NCBI GenBank assembly: GCA_964406815.1
Contig: CAYOTC010000002.1
Coordinates: 7,906-71,905 of the forward strand
Origin: an uncultured Bdellovibrionales bacterium
GTDB taxonomy: Bacteria > Patescibacteriota > Minisyncoccia > Moranbacterales > UBA2206
Direction: 5' to 3'
Length of the DNA stretch: 64,000 nucleotides
Shown: one piece after another, positions 8,979 to 17,772 of the stretch
Layout: the number at the start of each line of letters is the position of its first letter
Position numbering within the stretch: the first letter of the stretch is position 1
Translations under genes and position numbers: made by a program
Notes under the pieces: model-generated
Databases searched by the model: none
What the model saw: only the letters and a program-made list of their open reading frames with translations
What the model was told of the DNA's origin: nothing

Positions 8979-10823
8979 CTATTCCAAGCCTTCTTCATCG
9001 GCAAATTCTCTTTTGGCTTGTTCAATTTCCAGAAGTTGGGAAGGATCAGTGGTAATTATCTGGTCTTCGGAATATGATGCTAATATTTTGATAGCAGCGT
9101 GTTTGGCGCCGGCAAAAAATATGCCTTCTCCGACATTGCTTTCAAGAAGAAGGAATTTTTCCTGATCAGTAAGATAGAAAGTTTCAGAAATAACGTCAAT
9201 TCCGGCCGGAGATTGCTTGAGAAGAAGTTGCAGGGAGGAGTTGGTAACGATAGCTTTTCCATAACGGGAAGTTAAAAAGTCATTTACATCCTGAGTAATT
9301 GTTGTTAGTCCGGTATAATATTTACGACAACGCTTGGCAACGCCGAACAAAAATGATGCTGCGTCGTCATATTTCATCATAACCCAAGCTTCATCAACCA
9401 TAACCAGGCGACGTTTACGATTAGCCCGCATTTCATTCCAGATGAATTGCAAAATCACATACATTGCAATCGGTCGCAAAGATTCTTCCATATCGCGGAT
9501 ATTGAAGACAACCAATTGGTTATCTGTTTTTATGTTGGTCGGATGATTCAGAAATCCGGAAAATACCCCTTCGGTATATTTTTCCAATCTTACCGCCAAA
9601 TCATCTCCCCCATCCATACTTTTAAGAACTTGATATAAATCAGACATTGTCGGAAAAGATTCTTTTGGAATGGAATTAAAATCAGTCTCAATAGAAATGT
9701 CACGAATAGCATAAGTTTCATGAACGGCTCGATCCAGGATAGAATCTTCTTCCGGAGTTATGTTTCCAAGCATAATATGAAGAAGTCCGAGCAGATTGGC
9801 GATATTATTTCTTAGGATATCTTCCTGATTTTCGTCTTCTTTGACTTGGGGTAAGTCAAATGGGTTGATGTGATCGCTGGAATTAAGAGAAATTCGGATA
9901 AATGTTCCGCCAACCGTGTCGCAAAGATGCTTGTATTCATTTTCCGGATCAATGATAATAACTTCCGTTCCAAGCATTAAAGAGCGAAGGACATCAAGTT
10001 TGACGGCATAACTTTTTCCGGCTCCAGATTTGGCGAAAACAACCATATTGGCGTTTTCCATCTCAAAACGGTCGAAAATTATCAAACTGTTGTTGTGGCG
10101 ATTGATTCCATAAAGCACTCCGGTGTTAGTGGAAATAGTTGAAGAAACAAAGGGAAAAGTGGTTGAAAGCGGAGCGCTGTTCATATTTGTTCCACTATTC
10201 AACTCGTCATTAGCTAGAGGGATTGTTGAGTTATATCCTTGCTCGGTTTTAAAAATTGCCGGTTTGACATAAACCAATTGGGCTTCCAAAATAGCTTCTA
10301 TGCTTTTCATTATCTCCCCCACTTCTTTTTCAGTATCTCCATAAGCGGTAATATATAGTCCGAATTTGAAAAATTTCTCCGTTCCTTGTTGGAGTTTATC
10401 GCGGAGTTCCTCAATATCTTGAATGGCGGTTTCAAGGACGGGATTTCTGATAAGTCCTTTTTCCTGTTCGATATTGATTTGAGATTCGACTTGCGTGGCG
10501 CTTTTTTTCAGGTTTTTTAATATATCATAAGTTTCAATTGGATGAACAAACATCGCTATATCAATCGGCATATCGATATTTATAATAGGAGAAAACCAGT
10601 TACTCTGGAGATATCTTGGATAAGCCATAGCAAAAAGTGTTCCGGCATAAGTCTGACCAACCTGGATATATTTCGGAGAAATGTTTATAGCGGCCGGCGC
10701 CAAAAGATCCTGGAGTTTGGCTAAGCCTTCCTGGTATATTTTTTCCGAGGCGATTACTTCATCTTCAATCTGTTTTGATTGGACAGGCGACGTCTTTTTT
10801 TGTTTTCCAAAAAAATCAAGCAT
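8979..10823 (-). CDS. virB4: VirB4/TrbE/CagE-family conjugative ATPase (central and C-terminal ATPase part)
   Basis: Walker A 'FAKSGAGKSYAVK' and Walker B 'LVMVDEAWVMM'. Length and motif order match the VirB4 ATPase domain. Confidence 0.8.
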   Translation of the reverse strand: MLDFFGKQKKTSPVQSKQIEDEVIASEKIYQEGLAKLQDLLAPAAINISPKYIQVGQTYAGTLFAMAYPRYLQSNWFSPIINIDMPIDIAMFVHPIETYDILKNLKKSATQVESQINIEQEKGLIRNPVLETAIQDIEELRDKLQQGTEKFFKFGLYITAYGDTEKEVGEIMKSIEAILEAQLVYVKPAIFKTEQGYNSTIPLANDELNSGTNMNSAPLSTTFPFVSSTISTNTGVLYGINRHNNSLIIFDRFEMENANMVVFAKSGAGKSYAVKLDVLRSLMLGTEVIIIDPENEYKHLCDTVGGTFIRISLNSSDHINPFDLPQVKEDENQEDILRNNIANLLGLLHIMLGNITPEEDSILDRAVHETYAIRDISIETDFNSIPKESFPTMSDLYQVLKSMDGGDDLAVRLEKYTEGVFSGFLNHPTNIKTDNQLVVFNIRDMEESLRPIAMYVILQFIWNEMRANRKRRLVMVDEAWVMMKYDDAASFLFGVAKRCRKYYTGLTTITQDVNDFLTSRYGKAIVTNSSLQLLLKQSPAGIDVISETFYLTDQEKFLLLESNVGEGIFFAGAKHAAIKILASYSEDQIITTDPSQLLEIEQAKREFADEEGLE

Positions 10824-10854
10824 AAATTCTTATTACTTCGTGTTTTATTTGATA

Positions 10855-11541
10855 TTATTTTAATTCTATGTTTGAAATATCTCCTAGTCCGGAATTGTTG
10901 GCAGTAGAAGGATTATAGCTGTTGAACATCAACTCGATGAGCTCTTGAGTTTTAAGCGGGATTATTTTCAGTCCTATTCCGGATAAAGCGGCAACTACTT
11001 GGTCAATGCGCTGGTTAAGCTGGGATTTATATATTTCGAAATTCTCTCTTTTTTCCAATATATTTTTTTTGGGATCAAGAAGGCTTTGCAGATTTTTGAA
11101 AAAACCGCCTTCTTTGTTTTCAATCGGAGAAAATGGAACAATGATATAAAAACTTTTATCCATTATATTGGATACGGAAATCAGTTGTCTTATGAAATTT
11201 CTATATTCGGATATTTGGAGGCGCATCAGTTCACTAGACTGTTGTTTTTCTTTATCAGTCAGAAAATCAAGATATTTATCCATATTGATTTTTCTTGAAC
11301 TGATCAATATTTGAACGGGAAAATCGACGGAATTGAGAAAACTTTGGTAATGACCAATAACTGCTTCCTGTTCCTCGGTTGATTTTAGATCGAAATTTAT
11401 GGAAGAAACTCCAAGCACGGCGCGCAAAGCGCCGTTTTTCAAAACAATCACATCTTCCTTTATTTCAGCCACGTCAATGAATTGCTGAGTGGCGGAAGTG
11501 GTGGTTTTTTTTGTATTTTTTTCTGAGTAAAGTTTTTCCAT
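10855..11541 (-). CDS. VirB4 N-terminal-domain-like protein encoded as a separate ORF 32 nt upstream of the VirB4 ATPase ORF
   Basis: 'FIDVAEIKEDVIVLKNGALRAVLGVSSINFDLKSTEEQEAVIGHYQSFLNSVDFPVQILI' resembles the VirB4/TraC N-terminal region. Same strand as virB4. Combined length 228+614 aa matches full-length VirB4. Confidence 0.45.
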   Translation of the reverse strand: MEKLYSEKNTKKTTTSATQQFIDVAEIKEDVIVLKNGALRAVLGVSSINFDLKSTEEQEAVIGHYQSFLNSVDFPVQILISSRKINMDKYLDFLTDKEKQQSSELMRLQISEYRNFIRQLISVSNIMDKSFYIIVPFSPIENKEGGFFKNLQSLLDPKKNILEKRENFEIYKSQLNQRIDQVVAALSGIGLKIIPLKTQELIELMFNSYNPSTANNSGLGDISNIELK

Positions 11542-11620
11542 AGATGAATTATAACACGGTTTTTATTTTTTATTTTACAAAAATAATAAATTCTAAAATT
11601 TAAAATATGATCTTTTGAGA

Positions 11621-12022
11621 TTATTTTCTTTTATTTATGTCAAGCGACTCAGAAATTTGGGAGAGCTCGTCAAAAGAAGCGGTTTTTCGAAGATTTTTTT
11701 TTGGAGCTGTTTTTAAAATGGTGTTTTTTGCTTGATTTTTTTCCGTGATTTTTTTCCAAATATACATTCTTGGTCTCATAAAAAAGTAAAATATCGAGCC
11801 GACAAGAAAAACAAAAGGCTGGCCATAGGGGCGATAAAAAGCAAAAGCTAGGGCGATAGCCAGAACCGGAATTGCTGCGATATAGAATATTTGAGTTTCA
11901 AGGAAGGTATAAAGAAGAAGCACGATTATTCCCCCTAAAAAAAGCCAACCGAGCTGTTTGGCGGTCAGTGGACCGACAATCTTGTCTTCGACATTTATAA
12001 ATTGTGGAACATTAAACATCAT
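11621..12022 (-). CDS. PrgI/VirB3-like small membrane protein
   Basis: 133 aa with 2 TMs. The N-terminus 'VPQFINVEDKIVGPLTAKQLGWL' matches the PrgI-family pattern (..eDki.GplT.rQ). Immediately upstream of virB4, as in Gram-positive T4SS loci. Confidence 0.5.
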   Translation of the reverse strand: MMFNVPQFINVEDKIVGPLTAKQLGWLFLGGIIVLLLYTFLETQIFYIAAIPVLAIALAFAFYRPYGQPFVFLVGSIFYFFMRPRMYIWKKITEKNQAKNTILKTAPKKNLRKTASFDELSQISESLDINKRK

Positions 12023-12119
12023 AAATTCTTATAACATATATCATATAACATATATCATATAACATATATCATTGTAACACGTAATAAAATATTTTATTTG
12101 TATTTATTAATTTGAAAAA

Positions 12120-13283
12120 TCAATTCTCTTTTAGGTTGACGACATTTTTCTGGGAAAAATTGTCTTTGACAGGATTTTTCAATTGAATATTGCTCAAGTC
12201 AACAGTTGAATTTGAGAATGCTTTTTTAGGTTCGGCTGGCGGGAAATTTTTTTGTGAGTTTATTTTTTCTATGGGAAATTTATGCGGAGAGGAAAAGTTG
12301 ATATTGTTTTGATTTTCCGGAGCGGGGTTTTCATTTTTTGGATTCAAATCTCTTCTCCAATTGCTCAATCTTTCTTCTACATTGACTTCCGGTTTTTTTT
12401 CGGAAGGTCTTAGGTTGATTGAAGACGAGAATGAGGCTGGTTTTGCTGAAGGTTTTTCTTGAGGTCTCAGAAAGATTACCTGTTTTCTGTCGGCATCAAT
12501 TGAAAGCGGAGTATTTTCATCAAATGATTTGGCGATATCGGTCAATTTTTCTCTTTCAGAAGAAGAAAGTTTCTGCGTGTTGATGTTTCGAAAAAGATAA
12601 TCCATTCGCACCATCTGATCGTGATTGTTTATTCCGACGTTGAACATATAATCAGAAATCCAATTCTTGATCGATGGCCGGACCGGTTCAGGGAATGATT
12701 TCAATCGGATGTGTTCAGATGTAATAAGCTGTTCGCCAATTTCCGGAAATTTTTTCATCGCGTCGGAGATGTTGAGGTTTAGGAGATTTTGGGGAGTTTG
12801 ACGAATTTCTTCCTTTTTTATTTCTTCCATCTTTTCTTTTTCTTCATCCTCTTTTTCCCTGATTATCCAAGGCTCTATTTCTAAAACTTTTTGCCAAGCA
12901 GCATCTTCGGAAATAATTGGTGTAGTTTTTAATCGTTCCCATTTGTATAAAAGTTCTGGTGCATTAGTAAAATAATCGGGAAATTTAGCAAAAAGTCTTT
13001 TGTTTATTTCATATGAAATTCCAAAAGCTATATTATCGGCAATATTATTTTGTTTGACTATGTGAGGTAGATTTTCCAATTTTTCTTCGCCTACAAAGAT
13101 TAATCCTACGGGTGTAGATAATTGTTCAATAATTTTTTCTTGTTCACTATAAAGAAAGCAAGATTTTTCAAGTTCAAAACGAAAATCATTTGAACCAAAA
13201 AATTCTCTTTCTGAATCTGGTAATTTTGAAATTTTTTCAAAAAAATCCATAGAATAAAAATAATTAAAGCTATTTGTATGCAC
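12120..13283 (-). CDS. Hypothetical cytoplasmic protein (T4SS locus)
   Basis: 387 aa, no TM, Glu/Lys-rich central region. Confidence 0.4.
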   Translation of the reverse strand: MHTNSFNYFYSMDFFEKISKLPDSEREFFGSNDFRFELEKSCFLYSEQEKIIEQLSTPVGLIFVGEEKLENLPHIVKQNNIADNIAFGISYEINKRLFAKFPDYFTNAPELLYKWERLKTTPIISEDAAWQKVLEIEPWIIREKEDEEKEKMEEIKKEEIRQTPQNLLNLNISDAMKKFPEIGEQLITSEHIRLKSFPEPVRPSIKNWISDYMFNVGINNHDQMVRMDYLFRNINTQKLSSSEREKLTDIAKSFDENTPLSIDADRKQVIFLRPQEKPSAKPASFSSSINLRPSEKKPEVNVEERLSNWRRDLNPKNENPAPENQNNINFSSPHKFPIEKINSQKNFPPAEPKKAFSNSTVDLSNIQLKNPVKDNFSQKNVVNLKEN

Positions 13284-15648
13284 GCAATTGAGGATCTCTG
13301 TCGATAGTTTTTTTCAATGATTGAACATTAGGATCGGTGCCTGGTGCAGAATTATAAATATATCTAACAATGTTTCTTGCTTTAGTATTGTCCATATTAC
13401 TCACCATCTCTTTGAATTTTCCAATACTAATATTTCTAGCAAAGGATTCTTTATGGAAAGTGCTTACAGTTGAAATGTCAAAATCAGAGAGAGTGTCTTT
13501 ATTTCCTTTTTCATAAATATATTTCTCTAGAGAAGGGTCTATACTGGCTGATAGTTTTCCTGTTGTTGCTGTGTAAGCTCTCTGAACAAATTTAGAAGTT
13601 GAATCTCCTGGAACATTGTATGTACTATTAGAAGCAAGTTTATTCAATGAAATTTCTAGATTATTTTTAAAAGAAGCTCCTTTTTTCTTTAATTTTACAA
13701 TATCATCAATATTTGCAGCATCCTCTTTAGCTACAATTTCCATAAATGCAGCATTTTTATAAGTATCACTTTTATAATTGTCAAGTCTGAATTGACTACT
13801 TTTCACAAAATCTTCCATATGCTTAGTATTGAAATTTATATCTCCAGTTGTTGGATCTGTGTCGATTGTTCCATCTGATTTGAAATTTGCAAAAGCCAAT
13901 TCTGGTCTAATTGATCTTACTTTATAAGCAAGTTGTTTAAATTCTTGAGAAGCTTCTCCAAAGGTTCTTCTGAAATCTTCAAAATCAGTATCTTCTATTA
14001 TGCCATGTTTATCAGCTAATTCTTTAATGGCTGCAGCTCGTGTATATTTATCAGAGCTTGTTGCAAGAGTCTTAAGATCAGATGCCATCTTATTGCTCAT
14101 ATCATTATCATCATAAGCCTCTTTAACTTTCTTGGCATTAAGTTTATCTTGAGCGCCTTTAACTCCCATTCTAGCTGCCAATTTAGCCTCTCTTTCCTCA
14201 GCTCTTTCAGAACCAAGCCAACCTGATTTTTTAAACTGCGCAAAGCGCTGTTTCATTCCGCCCGGAATACCGGTTTTTTTAAATCCCCATGAAGCTAAAG
14301 GTCTTATACCGCCGAGATTTTTGGCGAAAGATTTTCCGTGTTTAGTGACGCTGCCTACGATTGCGCTTGCGCCGATTAGACTGCTTTTTTTAGCTACCAT
14401 CATTCCCATCCAGAGAATAATAACCGGAATGGAAAAATAAGCTGCTGAGCCTATGAGTCTTTGCAGAGAGCTAATTTTAGTATTATCTTCTGCTAAAGAT
14501 GAAAACTGATTTTGTATGCCTGCCATTTCTCCTATTATTTGCAATGAAATAAAAACGAAAAAAAGCATTATCGGTCCGAAAAAAGCGGCATCCATCAATT
14601 TTTTCCACCACTCGCCGGCTTTTCCGGAAAGTTCCGATCCGGGAAGCGTCGGACCGACAAAAGCTATGGGGGAAAAAATAATCAGAATTGCCAATGTGAC
14701 AACTCGGACAAGCAAAAGAAGCGCTAAAACAATAAAAGTCATTGCCAGAATAAATGTGAAAACTATGGAGGCGATTATAAACATAACATCTGGATTGGGT
14801 GTTGTTATAATTTTTTCCATTTCGCTAGCATCCGCTATGTTTGCTAATGTTCCGGTGGGTGATAATTGATTGATGAAAAAATACATAATAACATTAGCAA
14901 CATCGATGATGAAGCGGGTTATGGGATAACTGAAATTAACAAGAAGCGCCATTAGGATGAGGTTGGGAACAACCTTTGACCAATGATATTTATCCACTTG
15001 GAAAACTGTGCAGAAAGCGCTATAGAGAAGAACAAAGATAAAAACAATATTTAGAAAATCTCTGACTAGTGACCATGCAAAGTAAATAGCTTCATTATTT
15101 ATTATGGTGCTTAGGACAGTGGGGTTAATTATGGCATCAAAGATTACCCCAGCAATGCTTAATAAAACTACCACGAAGCTAAGTATGTGAAGAAGTGGGC
15201 ACTTCAGAAGATAATTACCCAGATTTGATATGCCAGAAGGAAGATTAGCACAGACGCTGGTATTATTTTCAACTGCCTTAGACGATCCGGCTCTGTAATG
15301 TTTATCGTGATTTTTAATTTCTGAAGTTGGTTTTATTCCTTGACCTCCATTATTCCAATATTCTATTCCGTCAAACTTAATATGAGGATTGGGAACTGCC
15401 ATATTTGAAAATCCATCGTTGATTTTTTCTTTCTGACAAATTTCATAACATTTTTCTTTGTCGGAAGCTTCTAATGGGTATTTATCGTTATAAAAAACAG
15501 ATTCTTTTGCATATCCAGAGCCTGATCGTCCACAAATACATTCTCCCGCCTGCGCTTTTTCTGCTCCAAATAATCCAAAAAAAGCCGTTATTGCCAAAAC
15601 AAAAACAGCAAAAAGAATAATTGTTTTTAAAAATTGATTATTTTTCAC
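13270..15648 (-). CDS. VirB6/TrbL-like polytopic channel protein with Cys-containing N-terminal ectodomain and long C-terminal soluble domain
   Basis: Signal peptide, 'GECICGRSGSGY', at least 7 TMs in the middle, then a ~330-aa hydrophilic tail. The architecture is typical of Gram-positive VirB6 homologs (e.g. TcpH/PrgH-like). Confidence 0.45.
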   Translation of the reverse strand: MKNNQFLKTIILFAVFVLAITAFFGLFGAEKAQAGECICGRSGSGYAKESVFYNDKYPLEASDKEKCYEICQKEKINDGFSNMAVPNPHIKFDGIEYWNNGGQGIKPTSEIKNHDKHYRAGSSKAVENNTSVCANLPSGISNLGNYLLKCPLLHILSFVVVLLSIAGVIFDAIINPTVLSTIINNEAIYFAWSLVRDFLNIVFIFVLLYSAFCTVFQVDKYHWSKVVPNLILMALLVNFSYPITRFIIDVANVIMYFFINQLSPTGTLANIADASEMEKIITTPNPDVMFIIASIVFTFILAMTFIVLALLLLVRVVTLAILIIFSPIAFVGPTLPGSELSGKAGEWWKKLMDAAFFGPIMLFFVFISLQIIGEMAGIQNQFSSLAEDNTKISSLQRLIGSAAYFSIPVIILWMGMMVAKKSSLIGASAIVGSVTKHGKSFAKNLGGIRPLASWGFKKTGIPGGMKQRFAQFKKSGWLGSERAEEREAKLAARMGVKGAQDKLNAKKVKEAYDDNDMSNKMASDLKTLATSSDKYTRAAAIKELADKHGIIEDTDFEDFRRTFGEASQEFKQLAYKVRSIRPELAFANFKSDGTIDTDPTTGDINFNTKHMEDFVKSSQFRLDNYKSDTYKNAAFMEIVAKEDAANIDDIVKLKKKGASFKNNLEISLNKLASNSTYNVPGDSTSKFVQRAYTATTGKLSASIDPSLEKYIYEKGNKDTLSDFDISTVSTFHKESFARNISIGKFKEMVSNMDNTKARNIVRYIYNSAPGTDPNVQSLKKTIDRDPQLRAYK

Positions 15649-15674
15649 TGGATTTTATTTCTGAAAAACTATAA

Positions 15675-16619
15675 TTATCTTCTATTGGCTGATTGATAGG
15701 CGGCAGATGGTCCATATTGGTTTACGGAATCATTAATATTTTGATTGACGCGACTATTGACAGAGTTTATTTCTTTGTTGATTGATTTTTTCACGTTTCC
15801 AATCCCGGCTTGAACGGATTGGGTGATCATTTGGGAAACTACCGTTGAAATAATTTCTCCCATACTGGTTGCTCCGGCAATAGTTTTGTTTCCCAAATCA
15901 TAGGCATTGACAGTATTGCCATATAAGATTGATCCGGGAATATAAATTTGTCCACTGCCATCTTCATCTCCGCCCCCTTTAAATCCGCTATATGCAACTG
16001 ATTTTGCTTGGGCTATTTCTTTTTCTTCTTCCAAATAGGCATTGTATTTATTTTTTATATAAAAGTCCATCGCCCAAGGATTGTTTACTCCTTCCATGTA
16101 TGAATTAAGCCCGGAAAAGTTATAGTTATTTCCGCTCCTGAACATGCTGTCAGAATTGGAAAAATTTACCTGCAAGGGTTCGTTTTCAGAAGCTGATCCC
16201 TTGGCAATGCCTTCCATTAATTTAAAATAATTACTTCCATTGGCATTTATATAATTAGAACTTCCCTTGCCACCGAGAGTGTAACTTATTTGGTCATTAA
16301 TGTAACGATTCGTTCTTTCAGTTGGTTGATTTATTAAATAATCTTCCCAATTAGTTATGAATTTTGTATCAGAAAGGCTGTTTCCGGAAAGCATACTTTC
16401 AGTTTGTTTAATCATCATATTAGCCGCTTGTTTTTTCTCTACTCCTCTCAGTACTCCATTCATAAGTGACTTTAATTCCTCAACGCCAGCTCCTATGATA
16501 GCTGCCGGGATTGACATCCAAGCATTAGCACATTTTGTAGGAAAAGATGAAAAAATAAAAAACAAGATAAGAAGAATAAAAATCTTTTTTCCAAAAAGTA
16601 ATTTATTTTTTTTAACCAT
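15675..16619 (-). CDS. Secreted hypothetical protein (T4SS locus)
   Basis: N-terminal signal/TM (IFILLILFFIFSSF). Asn/Ser/Gly-rich. Confidence 0.4.
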   Translation of the reverse strand: MVKKNKLLFGKKIFILLILFFIFSSFPTKCANAWMSIPAAIIGAGVEELKSLMNGVLRGVEKKQAANMMIKQTESMLSGNSLSDTKFITNWEDYLINQPTERTNRYINDQISYTLGGKGSSNYINANGSNYFKLMEGIAKGSASENEPLQVNFSNSDSMFRSGNNYNFSGLNSYMEGVNNPWAMDFYIKNKYNAYLEEEKEIAQAKSVAYSGFKGGGDEDGSGQIYIPGSILYGNTVNAYDLGNKTIAGATSMGEIISTVVSQMITQSVQAGIGNVKKSINKEINSVNSRVNQNINDSVNQYGPSAAYQSANRR

Positions 16620-16620
16620 T

Positions 16621-17706
16621 TTATTTGTCTAGATTAATTTGAAAATCTTCTTCTGGGGCAAATAGACCGATATCTTTTAATTTTTTCTTTAAATTTTCAT
16701 CGTATTTCAAATCATATTCACTGAATTTTTGGGTTATCTCTGTTGAATAGTTTAAAATTTCTCCTAGAAGAGCTTCAATTTTTCCATAAGAAATTATTTG
16801 AGAAATAGGATCATCAGTTTTGATTGCTATGTCATTTTTAAGAGAAAGAGAATAATAAGCGAAACGTAATCCCCTGGTGTGTAGTTCAATTAAATCTTCT
16901 GGAACCTCAACTTCTTTCATTTGTTCGATTATTTTTTCAGAATTTTCAGCGAATTCTTTTATTGAATCAGTGTTTCCTGTTGAGATAGCTGAAATAATTT
17001 GATTTGTTGGCTCGGCAAAGAAATTGGAAATATCTGATCCGGAAGTTATCGGTTTGTCAGAATTGCTGGAAAAAATATAATAAATGGCAATTATATAATT
17101 GGTGAAATCTTCTTTCTTCTTTTCTATCTGACGTTCCTTGCTCAGTTTCCCATAATTCTGTTTTTTTATTTTTATATCATCGGTATTTATTTCCGGCATA
17201 TCATCTTCATTTATTTCACTGGAAGATTTTAGGATTTCATCTACTATGGCTTGAGTTTCTTCCAGGGTAATTTCTTGATCCTCAGAATCTTTGCTGCTGG
17301 AAAGAATGCTTATTTTTTCCGCCATTTTCTGGGTAAGATTTTCTTCCGATTCGTAACTGGATTTATTGTTTGTATTTTTTTCATTTTCTATTATTCTATC
17401 CCCCGGAGCGGGAATAGTCGGATTATAACCGCTTTTAACTTCGATTCCATCAGAATAGCTGTCGCTATCGGTGTCGCGATTTTGCGGATCGGTTCCATAT
17501 ATCTTTTCTTCTTCATCAGAAAGCCCATCCTGATCGCTGTCAAGAAAAATACTTTTAGTATTGGTTGAATTTTCTGCGACAGCATAAAAGGAAAAAGTCA
17601 ACGCTAAAAGAAACAGCAACACCAAAAAAGAAAGATTGATATTTTTCATTTTCATATTGAAATAATTATAGCATAATTTTTTCCAATACAAAAATATTTT
17701 ATCCAC
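16621..17706 (-). CDS. Secreted acidic protein with DxDxDG-type Ca-binding motifs
   Basis: Signal peptide, then 'DSDQDGLSDEEEKIYGTDPQNRDTDSDSYSDGIEVKSGYNP' (thrombospondin-type-3 / EF-hand-like Asp repeats). Confidence 0.4.
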   Translation of the reverse strand: MDKIFLYWKKLCYNYFNMKMKNINLSFLVLLFLLALTFSFYAVAENSTNTKSIFLDSDQDGLSDEEEKIYGTDPQNRDTDSDSYSDGIEVKSGYNPTIPAPGDRIIENEKNTNNKSSYESEENLTQKMAEKISILSSSKDSEDQEITLEETQAIVDEILKSSSEINEDDMPEINTDDIKIKKQNYGKLSKERQIEKKKEDFTNYIIAIYYIFSSNSDKPITSGSDISNFFAEPTNQIISAISTGNTDSIKEFAENSEKIIEQMKEVEVPEDLIELHTRGLRFAYYSLSLKNDIAIKTDDPISQIISYGKIEALLGEILNYSTEITQKFSEYDLKYDENLKKKLKDIGLFAPEEDFQINLDK

Positions 17707-17772
17707 AACTGAAATAGTTTTAAGCTTTTGAGATGATTTGCTTAAATAAAAGAAGATTGCTAGATTTAATGT

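Noticed and set aside
14516-14869. 117-aa ORF antisense to the VirB6-like gene
   Set aside because: Lies within the TM region of the 792-aa membrane protein on the opposite strand; no support.
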